From Eubacteriales bacterium (GTDB taxonomy: Bacteria; Bacillota; Clostridia; Oscillospirales; CAG-272): DNA of 64,000 nucleotides. Positions 37,614-47,509 of the stretch are shown piece after piece. The notes under the pieces were generated by a model. The model saw only the letters and a list, made by a program, of their open reading frames with translations, was not told the origin of the DNA and made no database searches. Within the stretch, counting starts at the first letter, position 1. The number at the start of each line of letters is the position of its first letter. The stretch spans positions 187,866-251,865 of the forward strand of contig JAZRRX010000039.1 in NCBI GenBank assembly GCA_045651165.1, in the 5' to 3' direction. Made by a program: the position numbers and the translations under genes.

Positions 37614-38210
37614 ATGAAACAAATTACTTTTAAAGAATATCGCAAAATTGACATTTTCATCCTATGCTTTTTAACAGCATTTTTTGAAGCAATTGCATCG
37701 CTCGCTTCTGATAGATGGTTTAATCTTCAAGCAATGACGGTTTCTATAACCCTTGCGCTGACTTGCATAACATTTATGAGATGGAACTTGTATGCATTAT
37801 TGCCTTCATTAGTCGGTGCATTCGTATATTGCACTATTATAGGTGGAAACATTCAACAATTTCTTATTTATTGTGGTGGAAGCTTATTTATAGCAATTGT
37901 GTTCCCATTAACAAAAAAAATTACGAAAGAAAAAATAAGAAAAGACTTCTTTTTCAAAATGGTTTTTGCAAGTTCAATGTACCTATCTTTGACCATCGGA
38001 CGTTGGATTTGTTCCCTTCCTTTTGAGTTTAGTATAACAACATTTTTGACATTTTTAGGAACTGACATTCTTTCTCTTCTCTTTGCAATCGTAGTATTAG
38101 CTATTGCGAAAAATGTTGATGGACTTATTGAAGACCAGAAATCATACCTTCTTCGCCTTGAGCGAGAAAGAAAAGAAGAACAAGAAGCAAACCTAAACGA
38201 CCCTTTTTAA
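37614..38210 (+). CDS. Polytopic membrane protein of unknown function (first gene of the pectin ABC operon) with a charged C-terminal tail
   Basis: Five or six hydrophobic segments. The tail reads DQKSYLLRLERERKEEQEANLNDPF. It lies 30-43 nt upstream of the permease gene. Confidence 0.65.
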   Translation: MKQITFKEYRKIDIFILCFLTAFFEAIASLASDRWFNLQAMTVSITLALTCITFMRWNLYALLPSLVGAFVYCTIIGGNIQQFLIYCGGSLFIAIVFPLTKKITKEKIRKDFFFKMVFASSMYLSLTIGRWICSLPFEFSITTFLTFLGTDILSLLFAIVVLAIAKNVDGLIEDQKSYLLRLERERKEEQEANLNDPF

Positions 38211-38252
38211 CAAAATTCTACATTATATAAATTAAATCGAATGGAGATTATT

Positions 38253-39320
38253 ATGAAATCAACAAGAGCAGCTGATTATCTCATTTATGATGAAAAAACA
38301 GGAAAATATAGAGAGGATCCCGAACAGATGGTTCGTGATGATGTTGAAAAACATCATTGGAAACACGTTGGATTGACTATTCTTAAAGACTGGCGTCTAT
38401 ATTTGATGCTTGTTCCTATGATACTCGTATTCTTCTTTTGGAGATATATGCCAATGTATGAGCTTTTGGGTTCATTCAAGATATACGATGCGGTTGATAG
38501 CGTTGCCGACCAATTCTATTCAGGATTTTCGTATTTCAGACAGCTCTTTGCGGGAAAGACATCTTTGTCTATTGAATTTTGGAGAGCTTTTAGAAATACC
38601 TTCTTATTGAGCTTCTACGGCTTGTGCTTTGGTTTCCCTATGCCCATTATCATCGCTCTCTTCTTTAACGAAATCAAATCCAACCTTGCACGAAGTGTGT
38701 ACCAGGTGCTTACATATTTGCCAAAGTTTATGTCAACGGTTGTTATGACATCACTTATCACTATGCTTGTAAGAGCTGCTTCTCCACTTTCAGGAATAGA
38801 AATGGGAGTTATCTCTCGACTTTTGGTAAACATTGGCGCAATTACACCAGAGGTTGGTGAGATGGGTATGTTATACAGACCCGAATATTTCAGGGCCATC
38901 TACCAGATAAGTGGTATATGGGAAACCGCCGGATACGACAGTATCGTATTCTTTGCTGCAATTATCGCTATTTCACCCACAAGCTATGAGGCGGCGCAGA
39001 TTGACGGCGCTAACAAGTGGGCACAAATGCGTTACGTTGTGCTCCCAAGCATTCTTTCAACCGTTGTTATTATGCTTATAACAAGAATCGGCTCACTTTT
39101 GAATGTCGGATATGAAAAGGTTTTACTTCTTTCGGATGTAAGAAACTATGAAACTGCCGAGGTCGTTTCTTCATTCGCCAACCGTTACGGTATTGAAGGT
39201 TCATCTGCAATGTACGGCATTACGTCCGCCGCCGAAATGATAAATAACGTAATCGGCATGCTTTTGGTTATCGGTGCTAACTCAATCGCACGCAAGGCAT
39301 CCGATGTTTCGCTCTATTAA
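38253..39320 (+). CDS. Sugar ABC transporter permease, LplB/YteP-like
   Basis: The EAA loop is YEAAQIDGANKWAQMRYVVLPS. The start is set at ATG 38253, with GGAGA 5 nt upstream. Confidence 0.9.
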   Translation: MKSTRAADYLIYDEKTGKYREDPEQMVRDDVEKHHWKHVGLTILKDWRLYLMLVPMILVFFFWRYMPMYELLGSFKIYDAVDSVADQFYSGFSYFRQLFAGKTSLSIEFWRAFRNTFLLSFYGLCFGFPMPIIIALFFNEIKSNLARSVYQVLTYLPKFMSTVVMTSLITMLVRAASPLSGIEMGVISRLLVNIGAITPEVGEMGMLYRPEYFRAIYQISGIWETAGYDSIVFFAAIIAISPTSYEAAQIDGANKWAQMRYVVLPSILSTVVIMLITRIGSLLNVGYEKVLLLSDVRNYETAEVVSSFANRYGIEGSSAMYGITSAAEMINNVIGMLLVIGANSIARKASDVSLY

Positions 39321-39339
39321 TACAAGGGGGTAGTTAAAA

Positions 39340-40230
39340 ATGAAAAGAAAATTAGAAGTTTCTGAACTTATATTCAAAATAATAAGCTACGTCCTTTTGA
39401 CAATATTTGCTCTTTGCTGTCTTTATCCCTTCCTTTATGCAATATCAGCATCCATAAGCGGCATTGACGAGGTTGAACAAGGAAAAGTTGTGCTTCTTCC
39501 GAAAAACGTTCAATTTGAAGCATTTGCAAGAATGTTTAATAATAATAACTTCTGGAATTCATATACGAACACTTTGTTCATCACGTTCTACGGTACGCTT
39601 TGGGCAATGGGCGTTGCCATTTTAGGTGCTTACGCTCTTTCCAAGAAAAGATTGCTTTTCAGAAAAGGCCTTAATTTCTTCCTTGTATTCACAATGTGGT
39701 TCTCGGCAGGTATGGTGCCGCAATATATCAACTATCTCAATACCCAAAAGGTATTCAAAGCATTCGGTATAATGGATGACAAATGGCTGGTAGTAATTGC
39801 AATGGGTATGGCTGCTATGAATATTATTCTTCTTCGAAATGCATTTGAGGGCGTTCCCGCTGAAATCGAAGAAGCAGCTATAGTGGACGGTGCGACGGAA
39901 TTTCAAGTTCTTAAAAATGTATATTTGCCAATGAGCAAATCCACTATTGCAACAGTTGCCCTTTTATTCGGTATTTCCCGTTGGAACGGTTATTTCTGGG
40001 CGCGTCAAATGATTACAAATGGCAATGAACACCCTCTTCAAGTATTTATCCGTCTTCAATTAGAGCAATTTCAAGATCCTGATTATATGATAGGTTGGAA
40101 TGAAGCCTATGCCGCAGACTCTGTAATATATTCACTTATAGTTTGTTCGGTTATTCCCATCCTTATTATTTATCCCTTTATTCAAAAATATTTTGCAAAG
40201 GGCGTAAATATGGGCGGTGTCAAGGAATAA
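39340..40230 (+). CDS. Sugar ABC transporter permease, LplC/YtcP-like
   Basis: The EAA loop is EEAAIVDGATEFQVLKNVYLPM, and there are six TM segments. Confidence 0.9.
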   Translation: MKRKLEVSELIFKIISYVLLTIFALCCLYPFLYAISASISGIDEVEQGKVVLLPKNVQFEAFARMFNNNNFWNSYTNTLFITFYGTLWAMGVAILGAYALSKKRLLFRKGLNFFLVFTMWFSAGMVPQYINYLNTQKVFKAFGIMDDKWLVVIAMGMAAMNIILLRNAFEGVPAEIEEAAIVDGATEFQVLKNVYLPMSKSTIATVALLFGISRWNGYFWARQMITNGNEHPLQVFIRLQLEQFQDPDYMIGWNEAYAADSVIYSLIVCSVIPILIIYPFIQKYFAKGVNMGGVKE

Positions 40231-40306
40231 CCCCCCTAACTTTAGGTTATTATTGAGTTTAAGAGCTCATAGTAATAAATAAAATTTTTATATGGAGGAA
40301 AACACC

Positions 40307-42415
40307 ATGAAAAAACTCTTATCACTCGTATTGGTTATTGTGATGATGCTCACTCTCGTGGCTTGTCCCAAGAAACCACCCGTTAACCCTAACTCAGGTT
40401 CTACTAAGTTCGACCTTGAGTATGCTGAAGGTACTATTCTTAGAATGGCTACCGGTTATAACAATGCCAAGACAGGATTGTCATTTGATGCAGAAATAGC
40501 TAAAGACGGCATTACTCTTGCTGATGGCAAGACATATCACACCGGAGATCTCAAGCCTACTTGGGTAGAGGTTGAGAACAGACTTGGCGTCGTATTTGAT
40601 GATATATATTCCGGAAAAAGCGCCAAAGAGGAATTTGATTATTGGTCTGCAAAATTAGGTGATGTTGATATGGTTTCAGGTACCGCTTCCCAGCTTAATG
40701 AAAATGGTGTTGCAGGTAAGCTTGTAAACATAGCTGAATACCTTGACCACATGCCAAACTTCAAGGCATACCTTGAAGCCAACCCCATCGTTCGTCTTTC
40801 TATCACAGGTAATACCGATAACGGTGCTATCTACTTCTCACCCTATTTCGACGGTGTAAACGATATCGAACGTATGCCCCTTATGAGAGTTGACTGGGTT
40901 GTTAAGCTTCTTGACGGTGAAGGCGAATTCACAGCCACATCCTCAAAGAATCTTGCAGCTGCTGCATATACACCTTATATGCCCACAACAGGAACTGTAA
41001 AGGTTGACGTTGTTAAGGCAGACGGTTCAGGTGTTGAACAGATTACAAAGGATTATAACAAAGCAGGAAATATCATTGCTAAAATGAATGCAGCCGGCAC
41101 ACTTACCGGTGTTCAGGCAGTTAATATGCTTCGTAAATACATTGATGAAGCTTACAACGGCTACTACGGCACACAGAGATCCAACCTCTTCGTTGGCCAA
41201 AATGCCGCTTGGGACGCAGACGAGCTTGTTGCTCTTCTTCGTTGTGTAGTTGCTAACCCACAGACACTTAACGGTAAAGATTCTGTTCAGGGTCTCTTCT
41301 CTCGTGAAGATAACAACAACCAGAGACGTGTTGATATGTTCCGTTTTGCAGGAACTCTCTTCGGTGTACGTGGTCTTGAATCACGTCAGGATTACCTCTA
41401 CGTAGGTGCTGATGGTCAGCTTCATGACGCTCGTCAAGAGGAAGCAACATACATTGCAATCGAAAGAATGAATGCTATGGCTCAAGAAGGACTTATATCT
41501 ATATCTTTCTTGCAAAGTCAGGCTGAAAAAACCGAAACAATGCTTGAACAAGATAATGGTTTTATGCATTATGACTACAATCAAACACAGACAGTTCTTA
41601 ATGAAACAAAGCTTCAAGAAGGTGAAAAATACATGGCTGTTATGGTTCCCGTTGCTCGTTGGAATGACGGTACAGGAGAACAGTTCTTTAGATTCACTGA
41701 ATCTTGGAGATCCGTTAAGACTGACGGTTGGGCAATCTCTCTTGCAGGTGTAGGTAACGATACAAACAAGCTCCACGCAGCTCTTGCTCTTATCGACTAT
41801 GCATACAGTAAAGAAGGTCAGATCCTTATGTCCTATGGTCCTGATGCATTTATTAAGCACGATGCACAGGGCAATATGGTAACGTTCAACTTCAACGGTG
41901 AAGAATGGCCCGTTATCTCCGATGCTACCTATGAAGAGCTTTGGGATAAAGCAGATGGTAACTATACTAACTATGCTCGTCAATACCTTGGATCTACTCT
42001 TTCATTCGTTAAGAGCCAGTCCTTCGAATATCAATGCACTCACAAGGTTGGCAAGGAAGGCGCAGGTTACATTTCTACAGCTATTAGATATGGAATTATT
42101 AAACACCCTGAACTTGCACTTACAGAGAATCCTTGGTGGACATCAGTTCCCACAGTTCTTCCCACAACAAAGGTTGAAAATGACCAGATCGCTAGCTACA
42201 CAGAGCTTTCTGCAGATGGAAAATTCTCTCAATCTAAGAACAAGATGAATATTCTTATTAATATAATTGTAGGTGGATACTCCGGAGAAGGTACAGCTAA
42301 TCGCAATGAAACTCTTAACACAGTAAAGAATACATGGGGTGGTGCTAACTATCTCACAATTAAGAATAGAGCTTGGATTAAACTTCAAGAATTCTATAAC
42401 AATCTTAACAAATAA
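40307..42415 (+). CDS. Large extracellular solute-binding lipoprotein (LplA/YtcQ-like, about 700 aa)
   Basis: GGAGGA lies 7 nt upstream of ATG 40307. Lipobox LVACPKK is present. The protein sits next to LplB/C-type permeases. Confidence 0.85.
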   Translation: MKKLLSLVLVIVMMLTLVACPKKPPVNPNSGSTKFDLEYAEGTILRMATGYNNAKTGLSFDAEIAKDGITLADGKTYHTGDLKPTWVEVENRLGVVFDDIYSGKSAKEEFDYWSAKLGDVDMVSGTASQLNENGVAGKLVNIAEYLDHMPNFKAYLEANPIVRLSITGNTDNGAIYFSPYFDGVNDIERMPLMRVDWVVKLLDGEGEFTATSSKNLAAAAYTPYMPTTGTVKVDVVKADGSGVEQITKDYNKAGNIIAKMNAAGTLTGVQAVNMLRKYIDEAYNGYYGTQRSNLFVGQNAAWDADELVALLRCVVANPQTLNGKDSVQGLFSREDNNNQRRVDMFRFAGTLFGVRGLESRQDYLYVGADGQLHDARQEEATYIAIERMNAMAQEGLISISFLQSQAEKTETMLEQDNGFMHYDYNQTQTVLNETKLQEGEKYMAVMVPVARWNDGTGEQFFRFTESWRSVKTDGWAISLAGVGNDTNKLHAALALIDYAYSKEGQILMSYGPDAFIKHDAQGNMVTFNFNGEEWPVISDATYEELWDKADGNYTNYARQYLGSTLSFVKSQSFEYQCTHKVGKEGAGYISTAIRYGIIKHPELALTENPWWTSVPTVLPTTKVENDQIASYTELSADGKFSQSKNKMNILINIIVGGYSGEGTANRNETLNTVKNTWGGANYLTIKNRAWIKLQEFYNNLNK

Positions 42416-42462
42416 TTTTTGTTGAGTTATTATCAATTAACAGTTATTAATTGAATTAAATC

Positions 42463-42488
42463 GAGGGGGGAGCTCTCGCTCCCCTCTC
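42463..42488 (+). other. GC-rich intercistronic stem-loop after the binding-protein gene (no T-run)
   Basis: An 11-bp stem GAGGGGGGAGC / GCTCCCCTCTC with loop TCTC, followed by ACAAAAG. This fits an mRNA-stabilising or partial-terminator element better than a full terminator. Confidence 0.55.
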
Positions 42489-42553
42489 ACAAAAGAATTC
42501 TAATCAATACTTTAAATTTCGTGAAGTCGCGTCACGCGACAGTACGCGACAGA

Positions 42554-43162
42554 ATGGATGAAATTATGTATAAGAAACAAATGAAATTTCAAAAACTGAT
42601 TTGCCTTGCAACTCTTGCGGCATCAGCTATTCTCTTTTTATATTCTCTCGGTCTTGTTACTGACCTTTACGATGCTCTTTATTTTACAATGAGCGATCCC
42701 AATAAAATCTATGATATGAGATTTACGGATGTTTCCGGTGCTTGGATTTTCTATGAAATCCAGCCTTTTAACAAGGCGCTTACTACAGCCGCGCTTGTTC
42801 TTTTGGGTTGCAGCTTGCTCCCCTTTATCACTAATACACATTCTCGCAGAAAATATTATCTTGCCAACTATATCACAGTTGGTATCTCTTCCCTTGCAAA
42901 CGTTGCGGTTGCTATCTGGTGCTCTATTAACGTTGCCCAGTTTAGAACTCAATTTCTTACCACAGTTGATTTTGCTGCTTTAAAGGAATATGCCGAAAAA
43001 TGGGATACTCTTTACACAGAATCCACCTTATGGTTCGATTTGGGATTCGTTATTAGTGCGCTCCTTATTATAGTTACTGCTTTAAATATATTAAACTTGG
43101 TTTGGAAAAACAAACTTATGAAAGAAGAAAAACAGCTCATCGCTGAAGGATTGGAGGCATAA
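42554..43162 (+). CDS. Four-TM membrane protein of unknown function
   Basis: The ORF opens at GTG 42521. ATG 42554 or 42566 is more plausible, but no strong RBS supports any of them. There are four hydrophobic segments. Confidence 0.55.
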   Translation: MDEIMYKKQMKFQKLICLATLAASAILFLYSLGLVTDLYDALYFTMSDPNKIYDMRFTDVSGAWIFYEIQPFNKALTTAALVLLGCSLLPFITNTHSRRKYYLANYITVGISSLANVAVAIWCSINVAQFRTQFLTTVDFAALKEYAEKWDTLYTESTLWFDLGFVISALLIIVTALNILNLVWKNKLMKEEKQLIAEGLEA

Positions 43163-43164
43163 GT

Positions 43165-43650
43165 ATGGCACATAACATTGATATCAAAAAAGACCGATTG
43201 CGTTATACTAAAAACTCTTCTTCTGCTACGCAGGCGTATATTGCCATAATATTTAACGTGCTCTATTTCATTAGTATTTACAGCTATAATAAGTATTCTG
43301 GCAACTTCTATTATTCAAAAACCATTGGTTTTTCTGTTATTTCTAATCTTCTTTTCCTTCTTATGGCATTTCTCTTCTCTGAAGGTGTTAAAAACTATAA
43401 GCTTTCTCACTGCATAGCTTTTATTCCTTTGGGTGCTTTCCAACTTTTAAGAATTGTTGGTATCCCCTCAAAGGCTCACAACTATGTGTTCTTACTTGAT
43501 GGTTCTGCTACTCGCGTAATGAACGATAAACAGTTTATCTTTACATGCGTTTGTCTTTGTTGCTCAGCTTTGGCTTGTTTTGCAACTGCTATCACAGGTA
43601 TTAGAAAAACAAAAATACTCAGAGAATACGAAAAAACTCTTTCAAATTAA
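43165..43650 (+). CDS. Four-TM membrane protein of unknown function
   Basis: RBS GGAGG precedes the start. The gene begins 2 nt after the previous stop. There are four hydrophobic segments. Confidence 0.65.
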   Translation: MAHNIDIKKDRLRYTKNSSSATQAYIAIIFNVLYFISIYSYNKYSGNFYYSKTIGFSVISNLLFLLMAFLFSEGVKNYKLSHCIAFIPLGAFQLLRIVGIPSKAHNYVFLLDGSATRVMNDKQFIFTCVCLCCSALACFATAITGIRKTKILREYEKTLSN

Positions 43651-43686
43651 TTATTAATAACACTCCATAAAGAAAGGTGTGCATTT

Positions 43687-44751
43687 ATGGCTTCATTAAG
43701 CTTAAAAAATATAAACAAAATTTATGACAACAAGGTTCAGGCGGTTTTTGACTTTAACCTCGATGTTAAAGACGGTGAGTTTATCGTTCTTGTTGGTCCT
43801 TCAGGTTGTGGTAAATCCACTACATTGAGAATGATTGCAGGTCTTGAAGACATCTCTTTCGGAACACTTGTTATTGATGGCAAAGATGTTACTCAGTTGC
43901 CTGCAAAAGATAGAGATATTGCCATGGTTTTCCAGAACTATGCTCTCTATGCTCATATGACAGTATATGAAAATATGGCTTTTTCTCTTACATTGCGTAA
44001 GGAAAATCCTGATATTATTCACGAAAAGGTTCTTGCAGCAGCAGAAATTTTAGGTCTTACTGACCAGCTTAACAAGAAACCTCGTCAGCTTTCAGGCGGT
44101 CAGCGTCAGCGTGTTGCTATGGGACGTGCTATCGTTAGAACACCCAAGGTGTTCCTCTTCGACGAGCCCCTCTCTAACCTCGACGCTAAACTTAGAGGTG
44201 CAACAAGACGTGAAATTCTTCTTCTTCACAAACGCTTGGGCACAACAATGCTCTACGTTACTCACGACCAGACTGAAGCTCTTACACTTGCTGATAGAAT
44301 CGTTTGTATGTCAATGGGTTATGTTCAGCAGGTAGGTACTCCTCTTGAGCTTTATGATACACCCGCTAATACATTCGTTGCAAGCTTTATCGGTCTTCCT
44401 CCAATGAACTTCTTTGAAGGTAAGATTGAAAGTGGTTGTTTTGTATCTCCTCACTTCACTTTCACCCTCAATGATGAACAGAAGAAGCTTCTCGCATCTT
44501 ACGAAGGAAAGGAAATTATTCTTGGTTCTCGTCCTGAAAATATCGTTCAAGATGAAAATGGATACATTAAGATAAATGTTACTTTGAACGAAAACCTTGG
44601 ACAAACTACTCTTGTTCATGGCAATATAAATGGGCACAAGCTTACAGCTAAATTCCGTGAGTGGTGTGAATATAAAAAAGGTGATGTTGTTTCTGCATCA
44701 ATAAACAAAATGCATTTCTTCGATAAAGAAACCACCAATGCTATTAGATAA
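43687..44751 (+). CDS. MalK/MsmK-type sugar ABC transporter ATP-binding protein (canonical length)
   Basis: GPSGCGKST, LSGGQRQR, FLFDEPLSNLDA and YVTHDQ are present, with a C-terminal MalK-type regulatory domain. Confidence 0.95.
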   Translation: MASLSLKNINKIYDNKVQAVFDFNLDVKDGEFIVLVGPSGCGKSTTLRMIAGLEDISFGTLVIDGKDVTQLPAKDRDIAMVFQNYALYAHMTVYENMAFSLTLRKENPDIIHEKVLAAAEILGLTDQLNKKPRQLSGGQRQRVAMGRAIVRTPKVFLFDEPLSNLDAKLRGATRREILLLHKRLGTTMLYVTHDQTEALTLADRIVCMSMGYVQQVGTPLELYDTPANTFVASFIGLPPMNFFEGKIESGCFVSPHFTFTLNDEQKKLLASYEGKEIILGSRPENIVQDENGYIKINVTLNENLGQTTLVHGNINGHKLTAKFREWCEYKKGDVVSASINKMHFFDKETTNAIR

Positions 44752-44763
44752 GGAGCTATACAT

Positions 44764-45339
44764 ATGAAAAATAAAAATAAATTTTTTAAAAAGCTCCTTG
44801 CATCATTAAAGGAGTTTGCTCGTAAATTCTTGGTTACTCTTAAAAAGAATCCCAATTATATTCCTTTGACTATGCTTGTGCTTTCTTTTTTGATTTATTC
44901 TTTGAATTTAACAAGTGTTTCTGACACTACAGCTACAATTCAGGGTAAAGGTATGGGCATTTGTGAATTTGCAACTATGCTCTTCTCTATTCTTTCAATG
45001 ATTGCAATGCTTAATGCTTTTCCTAAAAGAAAAAAACCTAATTACCCAATCGTTGGTGTAATTATTGTACTTTGTGTAATCATTATCGTAGCTGATTATA
45101 TTTATGTTACTAAAGTATATGATGCATTTATAACACTTGGTGATAAGATTAACCCAAAATACTACGAAGCTTATACAACAACTTATAATATGTTGTATAT
45201 TCACATAGCTCTTATGGCTGTAACTGCAGTTACGGTTGTTCTTGAACCGCTCTTTGCTAAACTTTTAAAAAAGATTAACACAAATGTTGAACTTGAAGAA
45301 ACTAATGTTATGGACATTGAACTTGCCGAAGAGGAGTAA
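44764..45339 (+). CDS. Four-TM membrane protein of unknown function
   Basis: RBS AAGGAG precedes the start. There are four hydrophobic segments and an acidic C-terminal tail. Confidence 0.65.
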   Translation: MKNKNKFFKKLLASLKEFARKFLVTLKKNPNYIPLTMLVLSFLIYSLNLTSVSDTTATIQGKGMGICEFATMLFSILSMIAMLNAFPKRKKPNYPIVGVIIVLCVIIIVADYIYVTKVYDAFITLGDKINPKYYEAYTTTYNMLYIHIALMAVTAVTVVLEPLFAKLLKKINTNVELEETNVMDIELAEEE

Positions 45340-45348
45340 TATTTTATA

Positions 45349-45948
45349 ATGGCTAAAAACAATAATAATTCTTCTCGCAATACCGAAAAAGACAAAGATT
45401 ATTACAAATTAAATACTCAAGCAGTTGACAGATTGGTAAATGCCGATAAAAATGCTCCTCGCAGTGATAAGAAATTAAAGGATCCTGCGAAACAATATAG
45501 AACAGGATTCCTCGATAGAATACCTGCTCCTGTAAAGGCATTATTTATAAAATTCTGGTTCAACGGCGCAATTTGTTATTTCATCTTTTGGGGACTTGGA
45601 ATGGTTGTTTCAAATTATCTTGATATGATATTTGTATTAGCAATTGTTCTTGGTATGGTAACTGATATCTTGGTTAACAATGCCCTTCGTTTCGTTGAAA
45701 CTCTTCCAGGTGAAAACGACAAATGGATGATGTTTACTAAAAAGAAATACTGGACATTTATTGCTAATATTTTTTATGCTTTCATAGTTCTCTTCTGCGT
45801 GATTTGGCTCTATGAAATAATTAAAATAGGTGTTGAACCCATTCTTTTCGGTCTATTCTATATGTTATTTGATCTATTATTCATTGGTATGAAGAATCTT
45901 ATGAAAACTATTATCAATGATGCTAAAAACAAGGTAAATAAACAATAA
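45349..45948 (+). CDS. Membrane protein of unknown function with a basic or disordered N-terminal region
   Basis: An approximately 55-aa hydrophilic N terminus is followed by four hydrophobic segments. Its stop abuts the GH28 start. Confidence 0.6.
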   Translation: MAKNNNNSSRNTEKDKDYYKLNTQAVDRLVNADKNAPRSDKKLKDPAKQYRTGFLDRIPAPVKALFIKFWFNGAICYFIFWGLGMVVSNYLDMIFVLAIVLGMVTDILVNNALRFVETLPGENDKWMMFTKKKYWTFIANIFYAFIVLFCVIWLYEIIKIGVEPILFGLFYMLFDLLFIGMKNLMKTIINDAKNKVNKQ

Positions 45949-45949
45949 T

Positions 45950-47491
45950 ATGCTTAAAACACTATTTATTTCATCCTGTTCGGCGTGCTTTGAATGGAAA
46001 AATGAATTTCCATACTACGCTGAAAAAGAATATACTATCTATCTCAACGGCAAAGAGGTTTTGACCTCTAACACAAATGTATTCTCTGTTTTTGGACTTA
46101 CCCCCAATACCGAGTACAAGCTCACAAGCTCTAACGATGGTGCGGGAACAGTAACATTTAAAACCGAGAAAGACACTTATGTTATAAACGTTAAAGATTT
46201 TGGCGCAATTGGTGACGGTGTTACTGAAGATACGCAAGCAATTCAAACTGCTATTAATTGCTTGCCTAAAAATGCAAAGCTATATTTCCCTGAAGGAACT
46301 TATCTTTCGGCTCCCATTTGTCTTAAGAGCCATATGGTAATTGAATTCTCTGAAGGTGCTACTTTACTTGGACATACAGATACAAGTAAGTATCCTGTAA
46401 TTCCCGGTCATACTCTTGATATGATTAGTGGTGAGGATGTTGAGTTTGGCACTTGGGAAGGAAATTCCGTTGATATGCACCAAGCACTCATATTTGCACA
46501 GTATGCAGAAGATATTACTATTATCGGCCCTGGTACTGTTGACGGAAATGCTCAAAATTCTATTTGGTGGGATAATCCCAAAGCCCCCATTGGTCGTCCA
46601 AGACTTATCTTCTTTAATCGTTGTAAAGATATAAGCGTTCACGGAATTATTGCTCAGAATTCTGCTTCTTGGCAGATTCATCCATATTATTCTCAAAACA
46701 TTGATTTGCTTGATATTTCAATATTCGCACCCAAGGATAGTCCCAATACTGATGCTATTGACCCTGAATCTTGTGATGTTGTTAATATTATCGGATGCAA
46801 ATTCAGTGTTGGTGACGACTGCATTGCCATTAAATCTTCAAAGATTGATATGGCTACAAAATATAAAACTCCAGCTAATAGACATACAATCCGTAACTGT
46901 ATTATGCAGTTTGGACACGGTGCAGTCACTCTTGGTAGTGAAATGAGCGGTGGTGTTACTAACCTTACTGTTAACCGTTGTGTTTTCCGTCAAACCGACA
47001 GAGGTTTAAGAATTAAAACTCGTCGTGGACGTGGAAAATATGCTATAATTGATGGTGTACTTTTTGAAAACATTAAAATGGAAGGTGTTATCACTCCTAT
47101 TGCAATCAATATGTGGTATAACTGTTGCGACCCCGACAGATTCTCTGAATATGTTTGGTCACGCGAATCCCTTCCCGTTGATGATCGTACTCCATATCTG
47201 GGTAGCTTTACGTTCAAAAATATGGATTGTATTGATTGCGAAGCAGCTGCTTGCTATTGCGATGGCTTGCCCGAACAACCAATCAAATCCATAACTTTTG
47301 ACAATATTCATTTCACTTTTGCAGAAGATGCTAAACCCTTTGTTCCGATTATGAAGAACTTTGCAGAACCCGTTTGCAAAATGGGAATGTATTTAGATAA
47401 CGTTGAAACCTTGATTTTGAAAAACATTGAGATTGAGGGTGTTGAGGGCGATAAGATTATCGCAAATAACGTTAATAAGATTGTAAAATAA
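45950..47491 (+). CDS. Glycoside hydrolase family 28 (polygalacturonase/exo-galacturonosidase), no signal peptide
   Basis: The four GH28 blocks are present: NTDAID, GDDCIAIKS, FGHGAVTLGSE and GLRIKTRRG. Confidence 0.9.
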   Translation: MLKTLFISSCSACFEWKNEFPYYAEKEYTIYLNGKEVLTSNTNVFSVFGLTPNTEYKLTSSNDGAGTVTFKTEKDTYVINVKDFGAIGDGVTEDTQAIQTAINCLPKNAKLYFPEGTYLSAPICLKSHMVIEFSEGATLLGHTDTSKYPVIPGHTLDMISGEDVEFGTWEGNSVDMHQALIFAQYAEDITIIGPGTVDGNAQNSIWWDNPKAPIGRPRLIFFNRCKDISVHGIIAQNSASWQIHPYYSQNIDLLDISIFAPKDSPNTDAIDPESCDVVNIIGCKFSVGDDCIAIKSSKIDMATKYKTPANRHTIRNCIMQFGHGAVTLGSEMSGGVTNLTVNRCVFRQTDRGLRIKTRRGRGKYAIIDGVLFENIKMEGVITPIAINMWYNCCDPDRFSEYVWSRESLPVDDRTPYLGSFTFKNMDCIDCEAAACYCDGLPEQPIKSITFDNIHFTFAEDAKPFVPIMKNFAEPVCKMGMYLDNVETLILKNIEIEGVEGDKIIANNVNKIVK

Positions 47492-47509
47492 CTTTGAAAG
47501 GATGCTTTT

